Of a stretch of DNA of 64,000 nt, positions 38,377 to 49,658 are shown piece after piece. The stretch's first letter is position 1. Each line of letters begins with the position of its first letter. Origin of the DNA: Eledone cirrhosa (taxonomy: Eukaryota); assembly GCA_964016885.1 (NCBI GenBank), contig OZ024757.1, positions 41,540,001 to 41,604,000 of the forward strand, written 5' to 3'. The notes beneath the pieces were generated by a model. The model was given only the letters and a program-made list of their open reading frames with translations, did no database searches and was not told the DNA's origin. A program made the position numbers and the translations under genes.

Positions 38377-38427
38377 GGCTTCCTGATGATTTCTCCAGAA
38401 TGAAACAGTTCTAGTCCTGTAGAAGCC
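38377..38427 (+). ncRNA. Type-I hammerhead ribozyme motif, family HH-A (inside fold-back 38315-38444)
   Basis: ggcttc CTGATGA tTTCtccaGAAt GAAA CAG ttctagtc CTG TA gaagcc: 6-bp stem I, 4-bp stem III, GUA cleavage triplet. Confidence 0.72.
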
Positions 38428-39274
38428 ATTTCTATATTAAATATTTATAGTCTGCTATGTATTGAATACCTAACTTGCTGTGATTATCTCCGATTGAACC
38501 CAGGATAAACACACATATATATATATATGAATGAGTGGAGGTGAGTGGCCTAGTGGTTAGAGTGTTGGACTTACGATCATAATGTCATGTGTTCAATTGC
38601 TGGACTGGGTTGCATGTTGTGTTATTGAACAAAATGCTTCATTTCCCACTGCTCCAATATACTCAGCTGAAAATAAGTACTTGCAATAGCTGGAGGTTTA
38701 ACCCTGTGATGGACTAGTGTCCTCTCCAGGGGAAGTCTTGTACTCTCAGTCACTTCACACCATCAAACTGGGATAAGCACCAACCTGATGAGCCTTAAAT
38801 GGTTATAATTTTTTAATTAAATACCCGTATGTATAAATTTTTAGTTCCAATTACTTGCACCAAGCTAACTTTGATATGTAAAATGGTGGGGTTTGCTGTG
38901 TATTCTAATTTTTTGTATATGAGGCCCTCCCCCAAAACCTGAAGTGTCCCAAGCCCCCACAATACACATCTTGTGTGGTTTTGAACATATAGTGTTGATA
39001 TTATTCTTTAATTGTACAGTGGCTATAGTCTTACAGATGTTGTACAGTAAGAGAAGCAGTGTAATGGTATTGACTGGTGCAGTTTAAATGTTAAATGATG
39101 ATGGTGGTGATGATGATGATGGGAACTATCATCATATATATATATATATACATACGCACACACATATATATATGTACATACATACACACTTATATAAAAA
39201 TATATATATATATATACATGTATATATTTACATATATATATACATATATACATATATATATACATATATATATT

Positions 39275-39336
<62 letters not shown>

Positions 39337-39388
39337 TATATACATACATATATATATATGAATGTATATATATACATATATATGAATG

Positions 39389-39511
<123 letters not shown>

Positions 39512-39758
39512 AACACTATTCTACAGCTTCCATTCATTTGACTGGGGTCAAGTTGGTACATTGGAAGTAATATTTCTAGCCAATCATCTAAATTTCATGA
39601 AAGACATCAAAGACAGACAAGCTTATTAGAGTCTGGAACCTTCCTTCGTCAATTCTGTTTAGTGAACCATTAAGGTAGGGCTCAATAACACCAGACAAGT
39701 ATATATACTATACCAGTTAACCAGTGTAACTAGTAAACATTGATACATATATGTATAT

Positions 39759-39829
<71 letters not shown>

Positions 39830-39897
39830 TACATGTATATATATATACATATATACATGTATATATACATATATACATGTATATATATATATACATG

Positions 39898-39934
<37 letters not shown>

Positions 39935-40218
39935 GTATATATATATATATGTATATACATATATGTACTTATATATATAAGTAGGGGGTGAGTTTTATTG
40001 TAGCACAATAAAGCAATGCAAATATCGGATAAGTAGCACTCAACAGTTTATAGGACTGGAGTATAAATAATTGTTTCTACTATTGGCACAAGACCAGCAA
40101 TTACCCAGTACATTACTGGTACTTTATTTTATCGACCCCGTAAATAATATAAGATCAAAATGTTGATTTAACACTTCACTGCCTACAAGTGTTTTTTAAG
40201 CTTCATATCATGTCTCCC

Positions 40219-40289
40219 TATTTTATCTGATGAGAACGCAAATATCATCACATGATGATATTTGTTTTTGAAATGCGCATAATAAAATA
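40219..40289 (+). ncRNA. Type-I hammerhead ribozyme motif, family HH-C (element about 39985-40322, interrupted by a SINE piece)
   Basis: tattttat CTGATGA [long stem II CAAATATCATCA/TGATGATATTTG] GAAA TGCGCA TA ataaaata: 8-bp stem I and palindromic stem III. Confidence 0.8.
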
Positions 40290-40319
40290 CATGGAACTCT
40301 TTTAACCATCTTTTGATCT

Positions 40320-40367
<48 letters not shown>

Positions 40368-40831
40368 CTACACATATATAAACCTTACACCAGTTGACCA
40401 GTGTAACTATAAAACATATATACATACATACACATGTACACATATATACAGGGTAGGATTTAGACCTAGGAGGCCCAGGGCACTTTAGTTTGTTTTTTTT
40501 TGTTTTTTTTCTTTTGGCACGGGGCAGAAAAAAATGGATAAAGAGTTTGCCATCAGCTGGTATGAGGAATTGAATCCCATCTCCAAGATTCTGGCTAGGG
40601 TCTTTAAACCAATTAGCAACTTCTTTTTCCATATTTTAAGGATCTTCACGCTATTCTATCAGCTTTCTATAGCATCTCTGCACATGAGACATCATTCTTC
40701 ATATTTACTTCATCTTCTCACCTCTTTTTAACAGACCGAGGGATTAGCTACGTATACGCAATGTTTCTTTCTTGACATACAATATCTGTTGATACCTGAA
40801 AGCTGTTCTTCAGTTAATTTAAGATGGTAAG

Positions 40832-40916
40832 AGCTGTCGTGGTCACCTTGGCTGAATGGTTAAAAGCACCAAGCTGGTATCCAGGAGATACAAGGTTCAA
40901 TTCCTCATAACAGCCA
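40832..40916 (+). pseudogene. Degenerate tRNA-like sequence (tRNA pseudogene or SINE head)
   Basis: TGGCTGAATGGTTAAAAGCA A-box, GGTTCAATTCC B-box, GCTGT/ACAGC acceptor-like ends; disrupted. Confidence 0.5.
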
Positions 40917-40940
40917 AGGGCAACTTCTCTTTTTCCATCT

Positions 40941-41186
40941 TTAACCCTTTACCATTAACTTTACTCTATAAATACTATTGTATTTTGTGGTAAAGTCTTT
41001 ATCTCACATAATATCGAATCTACAAGATTTTGATATTCATTTTGAGAACAATACCTTAACATTAGTATGAGCAGCCAGTTACAACAGAAAGAGGTGAGAG
41101 AATTCTGACCAGTTACAACCAGTTTGAACAGAAAGAGGTGAGAGAATTCTGGCTGGATATGGCTGGTTTAAATGCTAAAGGGTTAA
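40941..41186. mobile_element. Non-autonomous piggyBac-type MITE with TTAA target duplication
   Basis: TTAA CCCTTTACCATT ... AATGCTAAAGGG TTAA (15/16 inverted match); CCC/GGG termini with TTAA are the piggyBac signature. Confidence 0.75.
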
Positions 41187-41909
41187 GGGCCTTCACCCCT
41201 TTATTATAAGCTATTTCATAGCATCTCTGTACATAAGCATATCGTCTTTTACATGAATTCTAAAATTAAATATTTTAGGTTTTTACTAGCTACTATTAGT
41301 TCAACGTTTAACAACCATGATATTCCAAGAAATGTCTTCTGTTTTTTGTTTTTTTTATTTTTTGGGGGAGATATTTTTATTTTATTTTATTTTATTTTGC
41401 TTTAATTTATTTTATTTTACTTTATTTTTTTATTTATGCTTAATTGGAACGAAGTGAAAATGTGAAGACGTTCCGATATGACAGGCTTAAATTAAATGCA
41501 ACTGCAATGATATACAAAACGAATTAATGGAATGAATAGGACTAAATAAAAGAGAGTGGAAACTTAATAATAACAATAATAATAATAATAATGATATAAC
41601 AACAGTAATGATAATAATATTAATAAAATAATAATAATAATAATGATTTCTTTATTAACCACAAGGGTTTACATAAAGTAGACATTAAGGACAGTGCAGG
41701 ACAATGCAGGACGGTACAAATGGGCATTTCTGCGTGTAAAAAAAAACAAAAACAGAGGATGTAACAAAAATAACAATGAAAATAACAATGAAAAATTTCC
41801 CCAATAGGGGGGAGACTTCGGAGGGACATTTGTGGAGAAAGCCCAGTAAAAAGCCACAATGACCCTGACCACCAAGGCAAGTGCCCTCTCCCAGTTTTCC
41901 ACCTTTAGT

Positions 41910-44900
41910 TTACAGATATATACTCAGAGTCGGCCCATTCACTCGGGCCATTCTTGCTTCTCTCACCCATCTTTCAACAAAATGCTGGGAAGAGAGCACT
42001 TCCTTCTCTACTCTGATTTTCCTTTTCAAATGAAATTTGAAAAAGTCAATCAGAGCATCACCGAAGAGGTAAGTGCTCGTCTTCAGCCCTTTCAAACGTG
42101 TCCACCATACTATCTCTTTCGCCATGGCCACCAGACAGATAAAAACTGCCTGCCCTTCCCGGCTAAAGGAGTAGGGCGGGGCAATCCTCACGATAGACTC
42201 AGATGATAGCTGGATCCGTCCTAAACGCGACAGCAGGTGTTCGACATAAACCCACAAGTCAGCAATTTTCGGACACTGGACGAGTGCGTGCAGGACGGTT
42301 TCGTCGCCCTGCGCGCATCTCGGACATGCCCGGCTGACGGCACCTCCATGCCTGTAGAGTTTATCCCGAACTGGCAAGGCTCCTCGGTAGCACTGCCAGG
42401 CCAGAGATTTCTGGAAGTTGTCCATAGGCCCCGGCCCGAAAGTTCTTCCGAAGAGATTGGCTAGTTGATTTTCGTCGACGCCTAGAGTTTCCCCAAGTAC
42501 GTCGTCGCTCTTCCCCTCCACTAATCCTCTATAGAACGCCGAGGTGGAGTTTCCACCGATCACATTGCCCGATTGGTCGAGGGCTGTGAGCGCCTGAAGA
42601 CATTCCAGTCTCCAGGCGCTCCCTCTCGGTCTTCGCTTGACCCAGGACTGCAGCTCCGTCAAGGAAACGAGCTGGGGAAAAACGCGTCTAGCAAACGGCG
42701 ACCACACCTGATCACCGTCGAGGAAGAGGTGGAGATGTCGTAGCCTGAGCGCGTGCCTGCGCATCATCAGCCACGGCATGCCCAGCCCTCCACGTAGCGG
42801 GTGTTGACAACAGATGGACCGCCTGACCATCGGAGCACGTCCCTTCCACAAAAAGCGAAAGAGCAAACGCTCCAGCGCAGTCAGGCGAGGCTTAGGACAA
42901 GGTACGACGGTTAGGCGGTAGCAGATGACAGACGCGATGTACGCGTTAGCCACCTCCGCTCGACCTTTCAGGGATAGCTTCCTCTCCGCCCATTTCTGGG
43001 TGAGAGAAGCCACCCTGCTCGTCACCTCGTCCCAGTTTTTGTCCGTCTGGAGGTCCGGACCGAACCAGACCCCTAGCAATTTAACCGGTCCGTCCGTCCA
43101 GCGCCCGACGACGCTGTTGGACGGCATGGACCTGCCTCTCCAGGTGCCGAGCTGCAGGCCCACTGACTTTTCCTGGTTGATCATTGCTCCTGTCACCGCT
43201 TCGTATTCTCTTAGTGTAGTGCCGATCGCCTCGATGTGTTTGGCGTTCGACACCACTACGGTGACATCGTCCGCATATGCTGACACGGATCTTCCGCATC
43301 CTAGTTCGCGCGGGACTCCCCTCAACGTCTCCAGTTTGTGCAGTAATGGCTCGAGAGTCAATACGTACAAGAGGGACGAGAGGGGACATCCTTGGCGGAC
43401 CGAGCGCATGATGTTGAACGGTTCCGACAGGTGACCGTTCACTCTCACCACAGAGCAGATGTCGCTGTGCATGGCAGCGATCCAGCCTCTGAAGACGGGC
43501 CCAAAGCCAGCCGCCCTCAGGACTGCCGCTAGGTAACGATGGTCGACCCTATCGAAAGCTTTCGACTGATCTAAATTGATCAAGGACCCACCCGTGCCAG
43601 GTTCCCTAGCTACCCTCTCTACGATGTATCGCATGAGGTGGAGGTTGTCGTGGATGGATCTGTCGGGAATGGCGCATGTCTGCGCCTCTCCCACCAGACC
43701 ACCAACGACAAGCGCCAACCTCTTTGCTAGCACCTTGGCCAAAATCTTAAACTCTGTGTTTAGCAGAGTTATGGGCCGGAAATTGTCTATGTTATCCCCC
43801 TTGTTCGGATCCTTTCTCAGCAGTGCCACCGCTCCTCGGCTCACAGAACTGGGAATTCTCCCGTTCTGTTGCCAGTTGCAGTAGACGTCCGCCAAGAGGC
43901 CTCCGAACAAGTCTGGCATCTGTACGTAAAGTTCATAGGGCAGACCATCCAAACCAGGCGATTTACCCCTTGTGCAGCCAGTCATTGCCTCCCGTACTTC
44001 AGCGGCTGTTATCGGCTTTTCGCAACACCTCGCCTCAGTGGCCGAGAGCCGCGGCAGTCCGTCGAGGTAGACACTAAAGTCCATCCCTCTACCCGGACCC
44101 CCGCTGCCCCCGAACAGCTGAGCGAAGTGTCGCTGAAAAGCTTCACACATTTGCCCGGGATCGAGTAGCATGCGCCCGTCGTGGTCCACCAAAGACCGGA
44201 TCGTGGCTTTGTTGCCACGACGCGCCTCCGCCACTCGGGCCCATTGAACGGCTTTCGTCCCCTCGTGTCTGAGAGCACGCACCCTAGCTCTGACAACGCA
44301 GCCTTCGTGCTTTGCATTGAAGAATTGGTCAAGGGCCAATTTCGCCGCAAGCACGTCGGTCGCAATGCCTTTGCTAAGCGCCTCGTCTAATTTTCTAACT
44401 AGTTCTCCCTCTGCTCTATTTTTCTCTATTGCTAAAGCCTTACTAAACCTAATCGATTCTATTCTAATCGCTCTTTTCAGAGCAAACCACCACTTGTTGT
44501 TGACGATGGCCCCCGTCAACGCCCGCTTAACTAGTTCGCTAATCCGGTCTCTGTAGGCCTTGCGCGCTGGTAAGGACGCGTTTAGCTTCCAGTAGCCGGG
44601 TCCTCGTCTATGAAGCCTATCTAAGTCAAGCACACAGGTCACGAATTTGTGGTCCGTGTAGCTGACTATCTTGAATTGTGGACAGCCTATGCTAGACCTA
44701 TCTATTTCCCTACAAAATACTCTATCTAGATATGATCTGGATGACCCTATGCGGTTTGTCCAAGTCCACATTGGCACATTCGGGAAATCCAATCGGTACC
44801 TGTCAGACAGTTCAAAACGCCTGAGCAGGTTGGTGAGGCTCTTGCACCCTCCACCCCTATCCGCTAATCCCACACAGTCCCAGCGTGCATCTAAGATCCC

Positions 44901-45329
44901 GTTCCAGTCGCCCACTAACACTAAAGAGCGCGACGTTCCAAGAAAGGTCTCCAGACGCCGGAAGAAATCAGGCCGCCCTGCTCCTGTCGGGGCATAGACG
45001 GCCACTAGCCTGAAAGCTTGCCCGTCTCCGCTGGTCACGTCCAGCACCACCAGCTTACCCTCTGGGTCCAGGAAGATGGCCCGTATGGCGAGATCCAAAC
45101 CTCTCCGAAAAAGCACAGCAACTCCTCCACCCGATCCAGGACGGCTGGGAGATGCGTACACATCGTAGCCGCCGAAGATCGGTGCGAAGGCCCGTGCTTC
45201 GGAGATTCTGGTCTCGCTGATGGCCACTACATCTATGTTTAGTGACCTGAGGTCGTTGAGCAGGTGACCCTGCTTCCATGACGACCCCAAGCCACGCGCA
45301 TTTATGCTGCCTATTCTGAGTGAGGTCAT
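41910..45329 (-). CDS. Tx1/L1 ORF2: APE endonuclease + reverse transcriptase + C-terminal zf-RVT, 1139 aa, uninterrupted
   Basis: SINARGL, ISET, VYAP, GDWN, YLDR and TDH (APE); KSPGLDG, FRPITLLN, DQSKAFDRV, VRQGCPLS, YADD and LLGV (RT); CPRC..ETVLHALVQC. Confidence 0.97.
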   Translation of the reverse strand: MTSLRIGSINARGLGSSWKQGHLLNDLRSLNIDVVAISETRISEARAFAPIFGGYDVYASPSRPGSGGGVAVLFRRGLDLAIRAIFLDPEGKLVVLDVTSGDGQAFRLVAVYAPTGAGRPDFFRRLETFLGTSRSLVLVGDWNGILDARWDCVGLADRGGGCKSLTNLLRRFELSDRYRLDFPNVPMWTWTNRIGSSRSYLDRVFCREIDRSSIGCPQFKIVSYTDHKFVTCVLDLDRLHRRGPGYWKLNASLPARKAYRDRISELVKRALTGAIVNNKWWFALKRAIRIESIRFSKALAIEKNRAEGELVRKLDEALSKGIATDVLAAKLALDQFFNAKHEGCVVRARVRALRHEGTKAVQWARVAEARRGNKATIRSLVDHDGRMLLDPGQMCEAFQRHFAQLFGGSGGPGRGMDFSVYLDGLPRLSATEARCCEKPITAAEVREAMTGCTRGKSPGLDGLPYELYVQMPDLFGGLLADVYCNWQQNGRIPSSVSRGAVALLRKDPNKGDNIDNFRPITLLNTEFKILAKVLAKRLALVVGGLVGEAQTCAIPDRSIHDNLHLMRYIVERVAREPGTGGSLINLDQSKAFDRVDHRYLAAVLRAAGFGPVFRGWIAAMHSDICSVVRVNGHLSEPFNIMRSVRQGCPLSSLLYVLTLEPLLHKLETLRGVPRELGCGRSVSAYADDVTVVVSNAKHIEAIGTTLREYEAVTGAMINQEKSVGLQLGTWRGRSMPSNSVVGRWTDGPVKLLGVWFGPDLQTDKNWDEVTSRVASLTQKWAERKLSLKGRAEVANAYIASVICYRLTVVPCPKPRLTALERLLFRFLWKGRAPMVRRSICCQHPLRGGLGMPWLMMRRHALRLRHLHLFLDGDQVWSPFARRVFPQLVSLTELQSWVKRRPRGSAWRLECLQALTALDQSGNVIGGNSTSAFYRGLVEGKSDDVLGETLGVDENQLANLFGRTFGPGPMDNFQKSLAWQCYRGALPVRDKLYRHGGAVSRACPRCAQGDETVLHALVQCPKIADLWVYVEHLLSRLGRIQLSSESIVRIAPPYSFSREGQAVFICLVAMAKEIVWWTRLKGLKTSTYLFGDALIDFFKFHLKRKIRVEKEVLSSQHFVERWVREARMARVNGPTLSIYL

Positions 45330-45363
45330 GTTTAAAATAGAGTGGAAAGATGGGAAAGACCAC

Positions 45364-46608
45364 TTACCGTACTTTTGGTAGAGGAGGGATGGTTTTTACA
45401 TCCCTTTTCACTTGATCGTCTGGTGAAGGGACCGTTGAATCGTCCCTTCGGCTGGTCGTCGGCTCTTCTAAGAGAATGTCTGAGTATACTCTTCGATTGA
45501 TGGTTCCTCCTAGGTCCCTGAAATCACCAACTGCGTTGGGGAATTTCGTTTTAATATTTGTGTATTGTTTCTGTGCTATTTTTAGCAGTCTTATGTTAGT
45601 TGGCGTTTTGATTGGTGCTGGTATTATGTAGTCCTGTTGTGAAATGTCTGTGTGTTCAATTATGTAAGTCATTAGTTTCTTGTTGTGTGTATTTATTGCC
45701 GTGCATTTGTTTTTCTGGGGGTGGGGTGTGGTTCTGCTATTTTCTTGTCGTTGTTGCTGGGTGTGTGTGTTTTGTTGTTGTGTTTGCGATGTTGGTGCTT
45801 GTGGTGGTGGTGTTGAAGGTGTTGTTGGCGGTGGGGTTGTCGCCGGTGGTGATGGTGGCGCTAGTGTGGGTGGTGATGGTGTTGGTGTTGTTGCTGCTGT
45901 GGGTCTCTTTGCAGTAGACTTTACCCTTTTCTCATTTCTTTCCTCACTTTTCAAAGGCGACGATGCGCTGCTTCTGCGTTTGTGCCTTCTTACGACCTTT
46001 TGCCATCTCTCTCCCACCTCACACTCCATGTCTGATTCTGTGAGGTCGGGGAGGGGTACCAACTCCACTCTTTCACTTGTTGTTGTTGGTGATGTTTGCA
46101 CTGGAGTCTCTGTTGCAGCTGCATTTGGTATTGCTGTTGTTGTTGTTAGTATTTCCACTGCTGCTGCTGTTTTTGATTTCCGTGGAGTGGGTATGGGTGC
46201 CACGGGCCTATCGTTCCTGGTTGCCGCTTGTCCTGTTGCTGGTAGCCGTGGAGCCGGATTCGGAAGGAGGGGGGTTTTCTCCTTTCTCAGGGTCTTCTCG
46301 TTGCAGAAGGCCCTGAGGTGAGTCTTCGATCCACAGCGAAAGCATTTCGGGCGTTTGCCCTCAACACTTATGGGCAGTTGAGTGCCGTTATCGAAGTCTA
46401 TCACATCCGGGATAGCTTCGATGCACTCCTGGTTGGTTTGGATTAGCATCTCAATGGAGGAGCCGACCCAATCTTCTCTTACTTTTTTCTGTACTTGCAG
46501 TACAGTTGTTTTGTCCTCGATTCCGACGAGGACAGACGCGGCCAGCCAAGAAGGGGTCATTCCGGGGGGGACGTGGGTCAGTTTGACCCTCACAATTTTT
46601 TTGCCCAC
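45364..46608 (-). CDS. Tx1/L1 ORF1, C-terminal part (CCHC zinc knuckle, Pro/Thr-rich tail)
   Basis: CFRCGSKTHLRAFC = CX2CX4HX4C; no genuine ATG start, continues ORF1a across a one-base shift. Confidence 0.85.
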   Translation of the reverse strand: MGKKIVRVKLTHVPPGMTPSWLAASVLVGIEDKTTVLQVQKKVREDWVGSSIEMLIQTNQECIEAIPDVIDFDNGTQLPISVEGKRPKCFRCGSKTHLRAFCNEKTLRKEKTPLLPNPAPRLPATGQAATRNDRPVAPIPTPRKSKTAAAVEILTTTTAIPNAAATETPVQTSPTTTSERVELVPLPDLTESDMECEVGERWQKVVRRHKRRSSASSPLKSEERNEKRVKSTAKRPTAATTPTPSPPTLAPPSPPATTPPPTTPSTPPPQAPTSQTQQQNTHTQQQRQENSRTTPHPQKNKCTAINTHNKKLMTYIIEHTDISQQDYIIPAPIKTPTNIRLLKIAQKQYTNIKTKFPNAVGDFRDLGGTINRRVYSDILLEEPTTSRRDDSTVPSPDDQVKRDVKTIPPLPKVR

Positions 46609-47461
46609 AGTAGGAGGGCACCAACACCATTTCCTCGCTCCTTAGGGTCACTACTGATTGGGCCTTTGCCTCCTGGGGTGTGGCAAAAAGTACGTCTACG
46701 GTGGCATATTTTTTGCCTCGGGTGATGTGCGTTTTCCGCTGCCACACAGACCCCAAGGCTTTTTGTATTTGGGCCTCTGTGGCTCTTTCCACCCTACGGG
46801 ATTTTGTACTTACTGTACGGTACGTGACCGTACAGTGCTCTTGGGTTTCGAAAAAATTTTTCGCTGCCTTGCAGATTGCTCGGTGTCCGTTCTTTGTCAC
46901 CATCTTCTTCGCTTCCTCTAATTCCTCATTTGTTATGAGGATTGTTTCCAGGTTTTTCGCAATACCTGCAAATGAGATTGGTTTTTCTCTGCTGTTGTTG
47001 TTGTCGTCAGAGCTGCTGGTACTTTTGTTGTTGCTGCAGGTACTACGACTACTGCCTCCGCCGCTGTTGCTGTGGTTGTTGTTGGTGTTGCTGCTGCTAA
47101 TGCTGTTGTTGTTTATGCTGCTGGTGATGCTGTTGCGGCTGCTACTGTTGTTTTCATTGTCACTGTTGCTGTTGTTATTACGGCTGCTACTGCTATTATT
47201 CCTGACGTCAGACGAATGAACTGGGTTTTCGTATTTCCCGCACACCTGTTTCGTCGCTGTCGTCGTCGTCGTGGAGAAACCTTGCACGCTTTGCACGAGA
47301 CTTTTCTTTGCTTTCGTCGCTTGCGAAAGAGAAGGGAGGGAGAGAGACACATTTAAAGAAGGGAGGGAGAGAGACAATCTTCTCTCTGCTGTAGTGATGA
47401 TTGAGGAAGAAGAAGACGGAATGAGTGGGAGTGACGTATGAAATTTCTTTTTCGTAGCCAT
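46451..47461 (-). CDS. Tx1/L1 ORF1, N-terminal part (Ser/Asn-rich region, then RRM-like region); probable start MATKKK at 47461
   Basis: SFAGIAK motif and an RRM-like segment (..ATVDVLFATPQEAK..); runs out of frame at PSYCG near 46600. Confidence 0.8.
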   Translation of the reverse strand: MATKKKFHTSLPLIPSSSSSIITTAERRLSLSLPSLNVSLSLPSLSQATKAKKSLVQSVQGFSTTTTTATKQVCGKYENPVHSSDVRNNSSSSRNNNSNSDNENNSSSRNSITSSINNNSISSSNTNNNHSNSGGGSSRSTCSNNKSTSSSDDNNNSREKPISFAGIAKNLETILITNEELEEAKKMVTKNGHRAICKAAKNFFETQEHCTVTYRTVSTKSRRVERATEAQIQKALGSVWQRKTHITRGKKYATVDVLFATPQEAKAQSVVTLRSEEMVLVPSYCGQKNCEGQTDPRPPRNDPFLAGRVCPRRNRGQNNCTASTEKSKRRLGRLLH

Positions 47462-47739
47462 GTTGTTTTTTTGTTTAAAATGAAATTTTGGGTACAAAAC
47501 CCCAATAACTGGTTATTTAACCCCGAAGGGCCAAATAACGGACAGAAAGACCCCTCTCACGAGGAGGAGGGTGTCTTTATCAACAATTTGGTTCAAGTTT
47601 TAAACAATTTACAATTGTTTTAACGGTTAAAAATTACTATACCTTACAGAGCCGAGCCTCCGTCAACCATGGCATTCAACAATAATAATAATAATAATAA
47701 TAGTAATATGCAGTGACTAAAATAAAAGAATGAAATATA

Positions 47740-47773
<34 letters not shown>

Positions 47774-47797
47774 GAGTGTATATATATGTGTATACAC

Positions 47798-47837
<40 letters not shown>

Positions 47838-48401
47838 GTGTATATATATCTATGGATGTGTAATATGTATATATATATACACATGTATATATATAAAGGT
47901 GGACATAATTAATGGAGAATTATCAGGGAAAAGAAATTTTGGGGAGGAACCTCCGCAAAAAAAGACATCAAAATAAAAATAATAATAATTATTATTATTA
48001 TTAACAAAACATTAAAATAAAATATTACAAGATGGAGGAAATGGAATTATTAAAAACTTAATAGAAAAAAATTGTTATTATTTTTTTTTTTTTTTTTGTT
48101 AAATAAAGGAAATATGTTGGATAAAAAATTTTAAAAATTTGTATAAAGAAGTCTGCAATTATATTCATTTTAAATTCCAATTATTTTCATTTGAGAAAAT
48201 TAAATTGAAACAAAAATAAAAATGGAAAGAAGGAGAAGAATGAAGCTATTTCATAAAACAATTGTATGGTTGGGTCATAATGTCAAAGACTGTTCCATGT
48301 GGAGAATTATTGAAATCCAGGGAAAAAACTGGACACGCACACACACATATGTATGTATATGTATGTATATATATATGTATGTATATATGTATGTATGTAT
48401 G

Positions 48402-48462
<61 letters not shown>

Positions 48463-48585
48463 GTAGGAGGTGAGTTTTATTGTAGTACAATAAAGCAATG
48501 CAGATATCGGATAAGAAGCACTCTACAGTTGATTTAAAACTGCACTATCAACAAGTGTTTTTTTAGCCTTCATATCATGTTCTCC

Positions 48586-48656
48586 TGTTTTATCTGATGA
48601 AAACACAAATATTATTGTTTGATGATGTTTGTTTTTGAAATGCGCATAATAAAATA
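48586..48656 (+). ncRNA. Second HH-C hammerhead copy (element about 48465-48690)
   Basis: tgttttat CTGATGA aaacACAAATATTATTgtttGATGATGTTTGTtttt GAAA TGCGCA TA ataaaata; stem II diverged but still pairs. Confidence 0.78.
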
Positions 48657-48698
48657 TATTGAACTCCTTTAACCATCTTTTGATCTTATATTATATAT

Positions 48699-48739
<41 letters not shown>

Positions 48740-48799
48740 TGTATGTATATATGTATGTATATATATATGTATGTATATATATATATATATATATGTATG

Positions 48800-48884
<85 letters not shown>

Positions 48885-48909
48885 GTGTATATATATATGT
48901 ATATATATG

Positions 48910-48942
<33 letters not shown>

Positions 48943-49037
48943 GTATATATATATATATGTGTATATATATATGTATATATATGTATATATATATATGTAT
49001 ATATATATGTATATATATATATATACATATATATATG

Positions 49038-49073
<36 letters not shown>

Positions 49074-49127
49074 CATATATATATGTATATATATATATAT
49101 GTATATATATATACATATATATATATG

Positions 49128-49165
<38 letters not shown>

Positions 49166-49622
49166 TTTATAAACGCATACATGCACATGCACACTTATAC
49201 ACATGCACACATTTATTCATACATATATACACTCACTTATATATGCAAACACGCGCACATACTTATGTGCATACACACTTATACTCAGACGCATACATAC
49301 AAACACACACTTATGCACACACACAAAGGAAATAAAGAATACACACACATACATACACTCACTTATAAACACACACACACACATACAAAAGAAATATATT
49401 TTCCCCCATCCCACCCTAATCCCGTACATTTTCCTTTATATTTATTATTTATATTATTTACTGGGGGGCTTTTTGTCCCCCCCCCCCCTCCATTCTTTCC
49501 TCCAATCAGTCTTTTTCTAGAAATCTCTCAGACAGAATTAGAAATATGAGGAAATCTCACTTACTTTAATAATTTTTTGATACTTTAATTTAATTAGAAA
49601 TTGAAAAGATGGTGATAATAAC

Positions 49623-49658
<36 letters not shown>

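Larger units (their letters stand above)
41646..47680 (-). mobile_element. Near full-length L1/Tx1-clade non-LTR retrotransposon (about 6.0 kb)
   Basis: 5' UTR, ORF1, 34-bp spacer, ORF2, and a 3' UTR with AATAAA followed by an (ATT)n tail; (AAT)n on both flanks. Confidence 0.93.

Noticed and set aside
42237-47356. Plus-strand and alternate-frame ORFs overlapping the Tx1 element
   Set aside because: Shadow ORFs of a GC-richer coding strand with no motifs
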